DNA of 64,000 bases, taken from the NCBI GenBank assembly GCA_051362555.1, contig CM120641.1, positions 46,816,401-46,880,400 on the forward strand, in the 5' to 3' direction. Position numbers and translations under genes: made by a program. The stretch is from Lingula anatina. Its lineage: Eukaryota; Animalia; Brachiopoda. Numbering within the stretch: the first letter of the stretch is position 1; each line of letters begins with the position of its first letter. The notes beneath the pieces are model-generated. The model had not been told where the DNA came from and searched no databases. It worked only from the letters and a program-made list of their open reading frames with translations. This document shows, piece after piece, positions 1 to 12,900 of this stretch.

Positions 1-169
1 TTCAATTCTCCATATCTGCCCTGCAGCCTGGGATGAGTGATACTTGACTGACCTTTGTTTACATCTGGAGATTTTCTTTATAATTCGATCAGTGTGCATA
101 AATTATGATATTTTCCATCAGGAAAAATACGTGATAATGTTACGATTCTTATTTTACGGATACATAATT

Positions 170-1212
170 ACAAAAATTAATTCCTGATTTAATACCCCCT
201 ATTTCAGCGCCTATTCCTGGCTGCGTTAATTATGGGGGGTTGGAAAGTAATCCGTTAGAACGCAGGAGTGATGATTGCTACTCTTACCAACGGTGCATCA
301 CCGATCAACTAATCTCAGCCACCTGAAGCAGAATCACCAACAAAATACAAATTGGACTACATCTGCCTTCTTGTTGAGACATCTTATGTAAAAAAGGCGA
401 TAACGGTCAAAACATACGTGCTTCGTGGTTTATTAAATGTTCATCGTATTTTTTCGTTCGTTATTCTTATGAGTTAAGCAGCTTCACCTCCGTGACACCC
501 TTTTTATTTATTTAAACCATTGTTAGATAAACCATGGGTTTCACTCCAGATTTCACGATCGAGCAGCTGATCATGTGGAGACTGTAGCATGCTATAGTAA
601 ACTACCCCAAATATATATACAACACCTCCAGGGTTTCACGATCGAGCAAGTGATCATGAGGAGAGAGTGTAGCAGAGAACTTCATTAATGGTCGTCATAA
701 TTGGTGGTTGCCTTGGGAAAATGAGTTACATGATTACATAATACAGATACATAATAACATAAGATTAATACTAAAATTTTCCCTGATACAAAAACCCCTA
801 TTTGAGCGCTTATTCCTGACTGCGTTAATTACGGGTGATTAGAAAGTAATCTATGAGGACGCAGGAGCGATGATCGCTACTCTTACCAACGGTAAATCAC
901 CGATTTACTTGACTCCGCTACTTCGAGCAAAATCACACACCACCAAAAGACAAATTAGACCACGTTCGTCCTCTTATTAAAACAAAGAATGTAAAAATGT
1001 GATGTCGGTCAAAGAAGAGACCTAGACTACGTGCTTCATGGTTTATTAGATAGGCCTATTCATTGGATTTTTTTATTTCATTATTATAGCTTCACCTCGC
1101 GAGACCCTTTTTTATATATTTAAAACACAGCACCCCACTGGTTTCGCGATCATGAAGAAAGGGAGTGTAGCAAAGAACCTCATTAATGGTCGTAATAATA
1201 GGTGGTTGCATT
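170..1212. repeat. Diverged tandem duplication, unit ~600 bp (copy 1 ~170-715, copy 2 ~770-1212)
   Basis: Collinear shared blocks such as ctgcgttaatta, gctactcttaccaacggt, tacgtgcttc and cattaatggtcgt...ggtggttgc occur in both copies, the first blocks ~600 nt apart; no conserved ORF seen. Confidence 0.8.
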
Positions 1213-2701
1213 GTAGGCCTAACCTTGTTCATTTTAGTCGACAGACTAAGCTAGAAGAAAGAAAAGATCATTATCGCCTCTCTTTACTTAGGAACAATAA
1301 GGATGGCTAGTGGCAGCATTTATAAGTTCTTTTATTTAGAAACTTTCCGATCCTTTGTCTGGGACTGCGTCCGAGAAACGGCGATAACGACAGAGACGTC
1401 CTCGAACATTTTGGACTCAGTGCAAATAAAAAAAAAATCCGTTAAGAAGTAGCCTTTAAATGTCCTGGCAAATAATTTTGCGATGGCTCAGAGAGTTCTA
1501 GAATGAATGACAAGCAACGACATTAGGGTTAATAATAGACTAAAAACTATCAGAGTGTAGTCCTGTCTTACTTCATTTCTAAGGCCATCTTGTGATACGA
1601 GTCATGCTACACTACAAAAGAGGGGGTAGCAGTGGATGATTTAATACAGGGATACCATCGATAGTATATCAATAGAAAATCGCAATCCTCAAATGTTTTT
1701 TAATTCATTAAATATAAACGGTCTTTTCTCGTACAATGGGTCTGGTATAGTTGTATTGGCCTATCAGTTGGAAACACGTGGTTCGTCTACAATTGCAAAT
1801 GGCGGAGGTGCCGTGGTAGTTATTGTCGTAAAATTAGCTGGATACGTTGCACGTGAGAAAATCATTCATTAAATTTAGTTTTCGAGCGTCAGCTTAATCT
1901 GGTAAAATGCGAGACGAAAAAAATGATAGATAGAGCCTTATGACCCACTGTAGAATGATGCCGAATAATACATCAACGACGTAGTTTATCGGCAGATAAA
2001 CGTGTTTCCATTCTCGGCTGACTGAGGAAAGGTTTGAGAGAGCATTTAAAGAAGAGGCGGTCGAACCAATAGTGAGTAGGAAGTGTGCTGCAATCAAGAC
2101 GAACAATACCGATCATAAGTGGACAGCTAATAACCCCTAATTAACCCCGGGTTACGCGCTGCTGTGTTGACTCCTTGCTGGGAAGGGGTAGCGGCCTCCT
2201 ACTGCTGTGCGTAATCAAACATTGTCTTCTAACATGCGGCTACACGACGGTTGCATTGTATTAATAAAGTAATACCTATTCATAAGGAAGGGGGCGGATG
2301 GTAATCTTACGAGAATTAAATCAGTTATCGATCATACGCGTACCAATAGTCGTGTTTTTTTTTAGCTATACGGTAGTTTCAAGTAGTATAACTAAGAGAA
2401 TTACCAAAAGGCATTGTTTAATTTTACCCGAAAATGATGTTCGAACAGATTTTTCTGCTGGCATTCTAAGCTGTATGTCAATGGGGTAGGAAAGTAGGTC
2501 ACGGAAGTAGGTTAAATTTACAACCATAAATTTAAAGAAAGGAGCAGTCTAAAGGTCTTTTATGGCTGATCGAGTGATCTATTCAGTTTATCCCTTGGCA
2601 TGTGGAATTTATTTGAGCCATTTAAGAATCTAGTAGAAGTGGTTTACATGTGTTACTGGGAATCCACACTCCACCGATGCTCGGTTCGTATGTACCTTTA
2701 A

Positions 2702-2926
2702 GGGTGCATTCCAAGAGATTAAGATCGATCCAGAGATTTAGATTTAGATCGACCTAACTCCCTGGGGGTTCACGCTAAATTGCAGTCAGCCCAGCGCACA
2801 CCATAGTTAATTACCCCCTTACAGCTTTTAGTAGGCTGGACAGACGCTTAAGCCGGCTAAGCTGACAGTAATCTACTGAGACTCCCCACAGGGATAGATC
2901 GATCTAAAATCTATGGGAATGGGGTC
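2702..2926. mobile_element. Fold-back MITE, PIF/Harbinger (Tourist)-like, degenerate
   Basis: Ends gggtgcattcc...ggaatggggtc, internal inverted arms (tttagatcga/tcgatctaaa), TAA/TTA flanks; internally similar to 13793-14006. Confidence 0.6.
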
Positions 2927-3073
2927 TTAATCAATGTGCACGGTCCCCTAATTCCCTTGTAGTCGAGGCAAATGAGGCTTATTTAAACAGGCTGACTGAG
3001 CACACTACTTAGCATGTAGGTTCCCGTCACCAAGATTGTAAAATTATGTCATGTTTCTTCGTTTTCAACTTCG

Positions 3074-3585
3074 TACGGAGCTTTGTTAGTATCATATTAA
3101 CTTTTTTCTATTTTCATTTAAGTTAATACGATACGATATTATTGGGAATATTGGTAGAAAGAAACCTTTCCGAAGAAACCGATATTACATCTATTAAGAT
3201 AAGATCTAAGAAACACATCACAAATATATTTAAAAATACATTGTCCAAAAATAACGTTAAGTAATAATACACAAGTTATTATGAAGGGAAAAGCCACGTA
3301 CAACATTGCAGCATTTCGGTGATTTTTAATCTATTCGAATACTGCCCGCTTCCTCCAGATTTCTGGGATGATTGGCACATAGACGGTTAAACCGCGTGCA
3401 TGTGCATGTGCTTGTCTTTATCAACGTCCTTTCCAGACATCTGGTAAATGTTGGATTCGTATAACCTACATGTATGCATTACCCGGGCCGAGATGGCCAG
3501 GAATTACCACCAGCGTTGAAAATTCCTTAACATAAAACTTAAATGAAAATAAAAAAAGTTAATACGATACTAACAAAGCTCCGTA
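3074..3585. mobile_element. Non-autonomous TIR element, ~50-bp TIRs, 6-bp target-site duplication ACTTCG
   Basis: 3074-3124 (tacggagctttgttagtatc...ttaagtt) is the near-perfect reverse complement of 3536-3585; acttcg at 3068-3073 and 3586-3591. Confidence 0.8.
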
Positions 3586-3695
3586 ACTTCGAGAGGGATC
3601 AGAATCATTTTAAATGTTATTTCTTTACCTGTGCTGCTAATACCAGGCCTACCCAACTACCTGACTCGGCACCGAATGATCCTGAATTCACCGGT

Positions 3696-3816
3696 ATATC
3701 AGACCACACTACCCGTTTTCAAGGTGTGAGTCAGTACGCATTTCACAGTATCATATATATCAGACCACACTACCCGTTTTCAAGGTGTGAGTCAGTACGC
3801 ATTTCACAGTATCATA
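3696..3816. repeat. Perfect 61-bp tandem duplication
   Basis: atatcagaccacactacccgttttcaaggtgtgagtcagtacgcatttcacagtatcata occurs twice back to back. Confidence 0.9.
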
Positions 3817-4353
3817 CCCCGAACAAATTTTGAGTGGTGATTTAACGAAAATTTAAAGATACTGTTTTGTGCTCCTTTGCAATCGCAACCCGGCTCTGCA
3901 GACCCCCTTCAAATAATCCTGGATCAGCCCCTGCAGTAGGCACATGCCCCCTGGGTTTGGAGTTTCCTTCTACTCCCCCTTCTCCGTTACAAGACATCCA
4001 GCAAAGTACGTATGTGCGCGTATGCATGAACCACAACATATACATTGATGGCATATATCTATGACATCAATCCTACCGAGAGGATTGAAATATCCCTTGT
4101 AGACTGATGCAGTCGCATTACCAAGCTGTCTCACCTGATGCAACCAGACGGACTTTGTAAGCATCTTTGGCCAGGAAATTTCGCCGTTCATACAGTTGTT
4201 CTTTCGGTTGCTGCCAGACTTACACACTTAAAAGGCCCCCGTGTGCCATGCATACCGTTTTTAGCAGGCATATGAATGTATTTACAATTAAAGACGTAAC
4301 TTGACAAAATAATACATTGGTTGACTGATATTTGACAAGTTTTAAATTAAAGA

Positions 4354-4427
4354 GACGCTTTTATTAATGCCAAACCCGAATCACAGAGTATACTCTGTGA
4401 TTCGGGTTTGGCATTAATAAAAGCGTC
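4354..4427. repeat. Perfect 74-bp spacerless palindrome
   Basis: gacgcttttattaatgccaaacccgaatcacagagta|tactctgtgattcgggtttggcattaataaaagcgtc. Confidence 0.95.
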
Positions 4428-5366
4428 ATATGACTTCGTATCAAGGAGGACAAGGATTAAAATTCACGAGTCGCGCGAAAGGGATGTTTCACGGATCTCG
4501 CTAAATAATATGAACATTTCATGCATTCTGCAAATAAAAAGCGGTTTTCACGGGTAACGAAACTACCCAATGGAACTCTCATATACTACACATTATAAGC
4601 AGCCTTGGGCACTTACATTTCACAAAAATTTTAATTTTTTTTTTGTCAAAGTGACGTGCATGTGGAACAAAAGTTACACCTGATTGTGAAGAAGGCGATT
4701 GTGAAATTATTCATTATAAAAATTAGTGTAGAAAACATCTTCCAGTCTTAGAGATATCAAACAGGTCGCGTTTCACAAAAGATCTTTGGTTGAAAATCTT
4801 AATAGTGTCAAACGCAATTTATTGAATGTCACTAAGCAAAATGCATTTTGGAATACCCAAACCTTTCAGGATGTTTTCGTTCTGAGTACGATAAACAATC
4901 CCATTTTTTTTCTCCTTGATTTTGAACTCTGAATCAAAACCTGGGTCACTTTACCACTGCGCCAGAATTTTTTTGTCAAATAATCACTAAAAATGAGCTA
5001 TCGGAAACCGTAAAATCGTTATCTGTTGAACACATGCTTGTGCACTGGTGAAGACGTTCGACACTCGCTTAGTCACATTAGGGATAGTCGTCTCAAACAT
5101 CCTTGAGGTTGTTGGTAAACAACAGGCTTCCAAGTAGTTCACTGCTATCATAGGTCTTGATAACTTTATGGAAACCGGCCATATGCTTATTCCATATTTC
5201 AGGGCAAACAAATGCAGTGTTTGTTTACTGGCCACCACAACTCTTTCAACTGTTTTATTTTTGGAAAATTCCTCAAAAGTTGTTAATTGTGCATCAATTT
5301 ATAAGTACCATCAATGCAAATATTTGAACAAAGCAGAGTAAAATTAGAACAAATACTTTATGTAAG

Positions 5367-5367
<1 letters not shown>

Positions 5368-5417
<50 letters not shown>

Positions 5418-5510
5418 TACTACTACTCTGCTTCGTTTTAATTTTTGCACTGATGGAACTCATAAATTTATGCACAAATAACTTTTGAGGATTTTTCAAA
5501 CGATAAAACA

Positions 5511-5558
<48 letters not shown>
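5368..5558. repeat. Two (TTA)n microsatellites
   Basis: Pure TTA runs at ~5368-5425 (grading into CTA) and ~5512-5558. Confidence 0.9.
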
Positions 5559-6412
5559 TGTTTGTTTGTGCACAAAGATGTGGCTAGATCCTTGGGCCTT
5601 TGTAAACGAAGTTCGTTATGATTCTTTAATGGCTGGAATTTCAAGATTAGGCCCCTCAGTGACTTTATTGAGTGGGAATGAAAAAACCCTCTGGTAAATT
5701 TAATCCACGGTTGCTCAAATAAGAAGAGAAAGTAATCAATCGATCGCACATAATTAAAAATAAGGTATAACGACAGAAACACATAAATACTTACTTTCCT
5801 CAGTATCTGAACCACAACTGGCCCCTATACTCATAAAAACCAAATTGCAATTTTTAAAAGTAAAAAATGGTGACATTCTCTTTGTATAACCATAATTTTC
5901 ATTATATTAAATTAAATTATATTATATTATTTTTAATATAATACTGATGCGTGAAGTTCAGTAAATTACTGAACGAAGACATCAGTGAAATTGTTCCATG
6001 AAATAAAAGATACAAAGCGATGAATTATTTAAAGATCTAGTCGCCTACTTGCTTTTCAAGAGTGGGAAAATAGCCAACAAAATTCAGGGACCATCGGATT
6101 CATGGCCCATATCTCGATCTCCACAATATTCAACTACTATCATAAATGTTTGATGCCGATGTAATGTTTTGAACTATTTAAGAATATACACTGTCTATTT
6201 AAAACATTTTATTTGTGGCAAGTGGTTCTTGAAAGCAATCGTATTGTCCTCAGTGTCCTTAGTATTGTGCTCTGCCGCTGGGGGCAGCACCGTGCAAGTG
6301 CTAAACAGAGCGCAGTTCACACGAGTCGCTTGCTGTAGTACTTCTGTCCCTGTAGATATATCTATATGCTTAAAGACACAAAGACACTGACTGTTGCCTG
6401 TTTCAGGACAGG

Positions 6413-6883
6413 ATGGAGGAAAATGAGACGCAGGGCGCTCAGACTTTATCCATGTATTTGAAGAAACACAGAAAGAACCAGCTGAGGTTCTACATACTCA
6501 GCATTAGTGTCACTTCCTCAGCTTGGGTGATAGGGTGTTATGGATTTTCCTACACTTGGGTTTTCGTTTTGCTTTCTGTCTTATTTCTGATATGGAGAAC
6601 TAAGTTACTACATTTAACGGATTCTGAATACCGACAGCATGAGATCTTGATCCACAGGAAGAGGGCACTGGCCCATGGAGAGACGGCAGAATGGGTCAAC
6701 TTTATAGTGAACCGCTGGTACGTACGGTTAATGGTAGTTAATCCTTATTTAAATGATCCTTATTTAAATGTACATATATAAATATATATTGTGATATATT
6801 GTGTAAATAATGTAGTCTAGTGAGTCTGCAAATGTATTCATATCATTTAGTGCTCAGTAAACTTATTATTATTATTATTATTA

Positions 6884-6916
<33 letters not shown>

Positions 6917-9900
6917 TAATACATGGACATGAAAGCGTTTATACTGGTTTGGGGGGGGGGAGAAGGTTTGCACAATATATAGATCTAATACAAGATCTGC
7001 ACTTGTAACTGGCGTTAATGTTTGCTTTCTTGGTTTAATTTATTAAGCAGGTGTGCCCCAATCAGTCTTTCTTAAACAAACAAGATTATATATATGTAGT
7101 GTGAAGTGGAATTAGATATGATGGAAAAAAATTAGTGACTCACTTTGCTTTATATTTAGGATACCTCCTAGACATTTACTGGCATTAAGATGTAAATATA
7201 TAGTGAGAGAGGAAATGGGCAGTGTAAAATATATTACATACTGATAAATTTGTTTGAAAAGAAAATTATTCTCCAAAGAGACCTAGCTTAGATCAGGCTT
7301 GCATAAAATTAACTCAATTTTAGGCACTTGCCTTAACAGGTAAGTAGGTCTGAAAATCCACTTGTCCCACTCCAAAATCAATGCCTCTGTGCCTCCAAGA
7401 TATGAATACATGGAAACCACTGAATTTATGTAGGACAAGTGATCCATAAATAATAACAATAATAATAATTTAATTTTGGTCTTTAAGTTTGAAATTGAAA
7501 CTCCACACTTAATGTGAATTAACTGCCAAAGTTTCCAGTATTCAAGGAGAGTTATCTTCATAGACCATCAAGCCATTATCCCAGTTTGCACTATATGTCA
7601 ACACAGAGAGGCTTGTTCTTGCCTTAGACCATGTTGTATGCAGCTCTACCCACCCAGTAATTAGTTCTACATATGTTGCCAGTTGTAATTTTATGTAGGC
7701 ACAGTGAGTATATACACACCATGTATACATACTAGTAAAAGTTTTTTCTGCTCATGGCTGTTGGGTAATAAAATGAACTAGGATATAAACCAGTTTGGAT
7801 CAAATATTGCAACCACAATCATAATAGACAGTGACAGGTTTGTTTTCTTGTGTGGGTGGGAAGTGCATATTAGCCGCCTTATTATGTACACTTGACCTTG
7901 CTCAATTAAATTAAAGGCAATATAATTTACTGGCAAATAAACAATTGCAAATTAATTTTGAGGCCCTTGAGTTTAGTATTTGACCTATAATTAATCTAGA
8001 CTAGACAGGAAATTTTATGAACAAACTGGGACTAACAAGTGCAAATATAATTCATGAATTATTAATATACTATTGTAGACTGTCAAATATAGTAATACAT
8101 GTATGTGTAGAAACCGATATAATCTTTACTGGGCTATGAACATACACAGATATACAAGACTGATGTATGTTAGACTATTTTGCTGTCAGATTGAAAAAGT
8201 CTGATGATTGATCTGGACTTAGCAGGCAGTCAAATGTCGACATTTTTTGAATATCATATCACATCCCACTATGAAATGATGGAATGCCAGACAAGCCTGG
8301 TTCAAAATATTTGGTGTGGGGGTCTCTTATATCACAATTGTTTTAGGGTATCAGGCAGATAAAATGTTAAGTGCAGAGCCAAATACAGTGAGGCACATGT
8401 CTTTTTTTTTATTCAAGATCAGTGAAGGGACTGCTCCATGTACTAGTAGAGTACAAATTGAAAATGAAAATATTTATCTTTCAAAGCAGGAAAATGGTTA
8501 TTGAGAACTATGCAAAAAAGTTAATTCCTGTTTTGATTTTCAGAAATACTTTTGTCTTGAAATAGTGTTGTTTTAACAATTTTTTCTATGTGAATTTTTA
8601 ACAAGGAACCTTATTGTGAAAAGATTAATTGAACTAAAAAGTGATGAAATTTAGGAGATATTCATATTAAATCAATGATGTACAAATGTGTGCACACATG
8701 CAGGTTGAAACTCCTATTATCTGGCATACTGCATTTAAACCTAATTATCAGATAAGTAGGAATTAAGTGTATAGCACCCTTATTCATTAATTGTTTATGA
8801 TGCAGTTGATTACCTACAGTATGTAATTCAGGGCCAGATCCAGAGATATTTTCTGACAGTCTTCTAAATTATCTTTGTTGATCCATCCTCCATTTTTGAC
8901 CGTCTTCCAACAGAAAAAATTAGATATCCGTCAATGTAAACTTGTAAATCTGACCATCTTCCGAAAGACCCAGAAGACGGCCTCAATCTTCCCCTGTAAT
9001 ATTATCATATTATCTGAGGAAAAGTACAGTGGGACTTTAAGGTTGAAATCTTAAGGAACTATAGTAAGTACTGTAAAGACTCTCAGCTGAAAAGATACCT
9101 GTGTATACCAGTGCAAGGCCACCTACAGCTATTATTCAGGTGCATATTATATAAGTTAGATGGAGAGATGAAATCAAAGGCTTTACTGTATCCTTTGCAT
9201 TCTGGTGGACACAGGGGGGGGGGTATGGGGGGGGGTGCAGGCAGCTGTTGGGAAAATACTTAATAGAAATTATAGTTCTCTGTTGGGAAAATAGAAATAG
9301 TTACCTGGATGCACACTTATATGATTTTTGCTTTAGCCAAACAGTTTTTAAAAGTGTATTTTATATTTTAAACCAGTTATGACATTATGCTAAATCATTT
9401 TTGCTTAATCTCCAAGTAATTTTTTGTCTGTATTTCTTGAGTAGTTTGATTTCATGTTTTTTTTGCAGTTAGCTTTCATCACAATCTGAATTAATTTCTT
9501 CAGTCAGTACACAATTTTTTACTAATTTCTGAATAGTAACAAAAGAAAAAATGATGACCCTTGTTATAACTCATTTAATTGCAGGTGGGTTTTTTCCTCA
9601 ACATCTTTATTTGACATAATCAAAAGTCACCTGGACTCCGCATTAAATGGGGAGAGCAAGCCATTATTTATAGGTAAGAACACATTCATTTTCTTGTAAT
9701 GTGCTTCTGTATCATTTGATGATAAAACTTTTATATTTCCTAATACATCTACACTCATCCATACACTTATATATGTGTTTAAAATATTTGAAAGCATAGT
9801 TTTATATGTGTGTGTGTGGGGGGGGGGAGGGGTATTTCAAGTGCTTTGCTATTAGTAGAAAAATTGACTTGGTCCCTGTTAAATGCAAGAATGTGTGTAT

Positions 9901-12900
9901 GTAATTTGTGGTCCTCAGTATCAAGAGTATTATAATATTGAAGTGGTCCATATATGTAAGGATCAGTGCTTTTGCACACAGTCATTCTTATTACAATTTG
10001 ACATGAAAATCAAGCTTGACATTAAAGCTCTTATGAAGTGCTGTGTGATTTACATTTATTGCCCCATTTTATGAAGTTGAATGAGGCTGCTATACAAATG
10101 AGATATTTTGGCAAAACCCTCTTACTTAAACGACCAGTGGGACGAATCTATTTTCATTATAGTGCAAGAGACTGTAAATATGCAATTGATTTCACCAGTA
10201 TTTAATCTCATGTCAGTAATTGTATATGTACATGTAGGTGTTTGGCCTTAACAAAAGTCAGACCTTTGAAGGTCTTCTGTCGTTGAGAAAAATACACAAA
10301 CCAAATACTTTTTAACATCAGTTATTGCACTTGAATATTAATAGTGACTTCTGTTCATACTTTAAAGTACTTGTGATTTGCGTAAATTAAATATCTACAA
10401 TTTTTCATCAGCTGTGTCTGCCTGAATGACACATCTCCCTATTGCTGTCTTATATATAATTTATAAGTTCTTTCACCAACTTAAAAACCCAGCTTTTTAC
10501 TGCAAGGAATATGTGGGTTACTTGCATTTTGTCTGTTATTTTAAAATTAAAACTGTCTTTAAAGTTTAGATAATCTTACTGATATCCTCTAGACCTTTAT
10601 TTATCTATGGGTATTATAATAAATGGAAAAGTTTTATGTTTTAAATACTCATGTACTTGAAAAACCCATTCAGACAAAATAAGATTGCTCCTTTTTTGCT
10701 GTGACAACAGCTAAAAAAGTAGCATTTTTCACTTTTGGCATGGCTGCAGGAGCTATTCATAGGAGCAATCTATTAAATTGAAAAAGCTCTGTAGAGATAA
10801 ACTGTTAAGCTCTGTTGTGCAACAAAATTAATTTCAGAGATATCAGATGAGAAGATCCCAACCCCATTACTGTATCGCTGCAGAAGCTAACAGATGCACT
10901 GCAGTGATATAGTCAGTGGACTCTAATTACAGACCATCTCTTCTGATATAGTGAAGAAGCCCATGTATGAAAGGACATGTTGATAAATACACACAATAGA
11001 GTGGTCATGTGGCTTTCTATATTGACACCACCAGTCACATAGTAAAGATCCACTCTCTCAAGAATGCAGCATTGGTTCATATGCACTGAATGGCACTATG
11101 TTGGCCTGGGTTGTATGTTGTTGATAACTGACAGTAGAAATAAGTGCTTTAAAACCTGTCTTAGTTCAGCCTGCCTGAATACATGCACCTAAGTTAAATA
11201 TAGCATACTGTATGTTATATATATGGGGGGTCAGGTAAAAGAGCTTTTGAAGGTGTAGCAGCCATTCCTCATGCTTTTGTGCAGTGTCACCTTTAAATGC
11301 AGATGTCTTTGGAAGTATAGTTTAATTCATGCCATTAATGGTATGGTCTTAGTATGTTGTCCTTTTGCTTGGCTCATATATATTGACTGTTATGTTGATT
11401 TAGAGCTTTAGGAAAACGTCAGAAAGATGTTCAAATGGCGAGTGACCAAAATGATGAGGTTCAGTAATAGACCAAATTATATACATTATAGAGAGAAATT
11501 ACAGTTGAGAGAACTGATATGCATCTATCTTTACACCTTTTTTATGTACACTGAAATTACTCCATATTACGGTTGAAAGGGAAATAACTTTCAAACAAAC
11601 AATTTCATTATAACAATCTCTACAATCCATCTGCAGGCCACATACTGCTTTTAACAAGTTGGGCAATTTTTGTAGCGATCTTTTGATTATATAAAAAGAT
11701 GTACTTGAAATCGATTAACATTATCTCTTCGATGTCTTGCATTTTTTGATTATTACAAATACAGAAACGTGCACTTCACCCATCTCCCCCTTCAACTGGT
11801 CACTGTATGTGATATAACTTATTTCCTGATTTTTTTTTAGATCAAATGGAAGTAAGAAGTTTCACCCTGGGCAACCACACACCACATGTCAAAAATGTCC
11901 GTGTATTTGAAAGCTCCGATGGCATCACAGAACAGGCGACATGGCTAAACATTGACAGTCCTCCAGATGGCCTCAAGGTGGCGCTGTCTCACAGGGTTGT
12001 CTTGGAGGCAGACATAGGTGTCTGTGATGAGGGATTCCAGATGATATTTCATGCAAGACTTGGGGGAAGAAGGTATGCATTCTCTTCAGCAAGGTGCATT
12101 TTTTCATCAGTGGTTGTCAACGATATGATTTCTTGGAAATAAATGGAAATGTTTTTTCACATTTCTGGCACTGATTTGGCCTACACATGCATTAGAAATA
12201 TAAATTAATGTTCGATTAAAACTTGTGTTTTGAAAAAGAGTGTGGTAACCCTCTGTAATATTGGTAAAGATGAGACATATTATTTGTAGCTCCTAGGGCA
12301 ATGTTTTTTAATTGTCACCTCCACAACTTGAGCATAATAATGCCAACAACCCTTGGCATTTGTGCACATGCCATCCCCTCAAGTTTTCTGACAGTGGTTA
12401 TTAATTTGTTTCAAATAACATTCATAGTGACTAAGTCTAAGAATACATTATTTTACTTAACCTCAACTTATCTTTTGACCTCTTGAGTAATTATATGTAG
12501 TTTTCATTTTTCAAAATAATTAAATAAATATATAAAAAAACGTATGCCATTTTTGCAGTAATGGAGAAAAATATTGGGTGATTTTTAAAGGTCCTTTTTA
12601 AATTAGAAAATATAGACCTCTCATTGTTTGATTTGTATTTAAAGGATGGGTGTGAACTGTGAGGCTGCAGTGGAGAGATTAAGTTTGAGAGGGAAGGTCC
12701 AGCTAATCCTACACCTCAGTATGGATGTCCCCTTCCCCCACGTTGCTAAACTTACTATGTATTTTGTGGAAAGGTAAGGAAAGATATGTCTGGTGCTGAT
12801 TTTAATTATTTTAAAAAGAGAAAAGAAGAACTTTTAGTTGGTAATTTTACATCATTTCAACCTAATTCATTCTCACGATACCATGGGAGGATAAATTTGG

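Noticed and set aside
5468-5815. Poly-Ile/Leu ORFs (similar poly-Tyr/Cys ORFs at 6820 and 45666)
   Set aside because: Translations of (TTA)n/(TTG)n microsatellites
6274-6290. CTCF-like motif upstream of the E-Syt-like gene (similar motifs at ~27608 and ~40349)
   Set aside because: Imperfect short matches expected by chance; cannot be supported from sequence alone
10838-10950. Weak hairpin as a possible pre-miRNA
   Set aside because: Too degenerate; more likely an old fold-back MITE remnant
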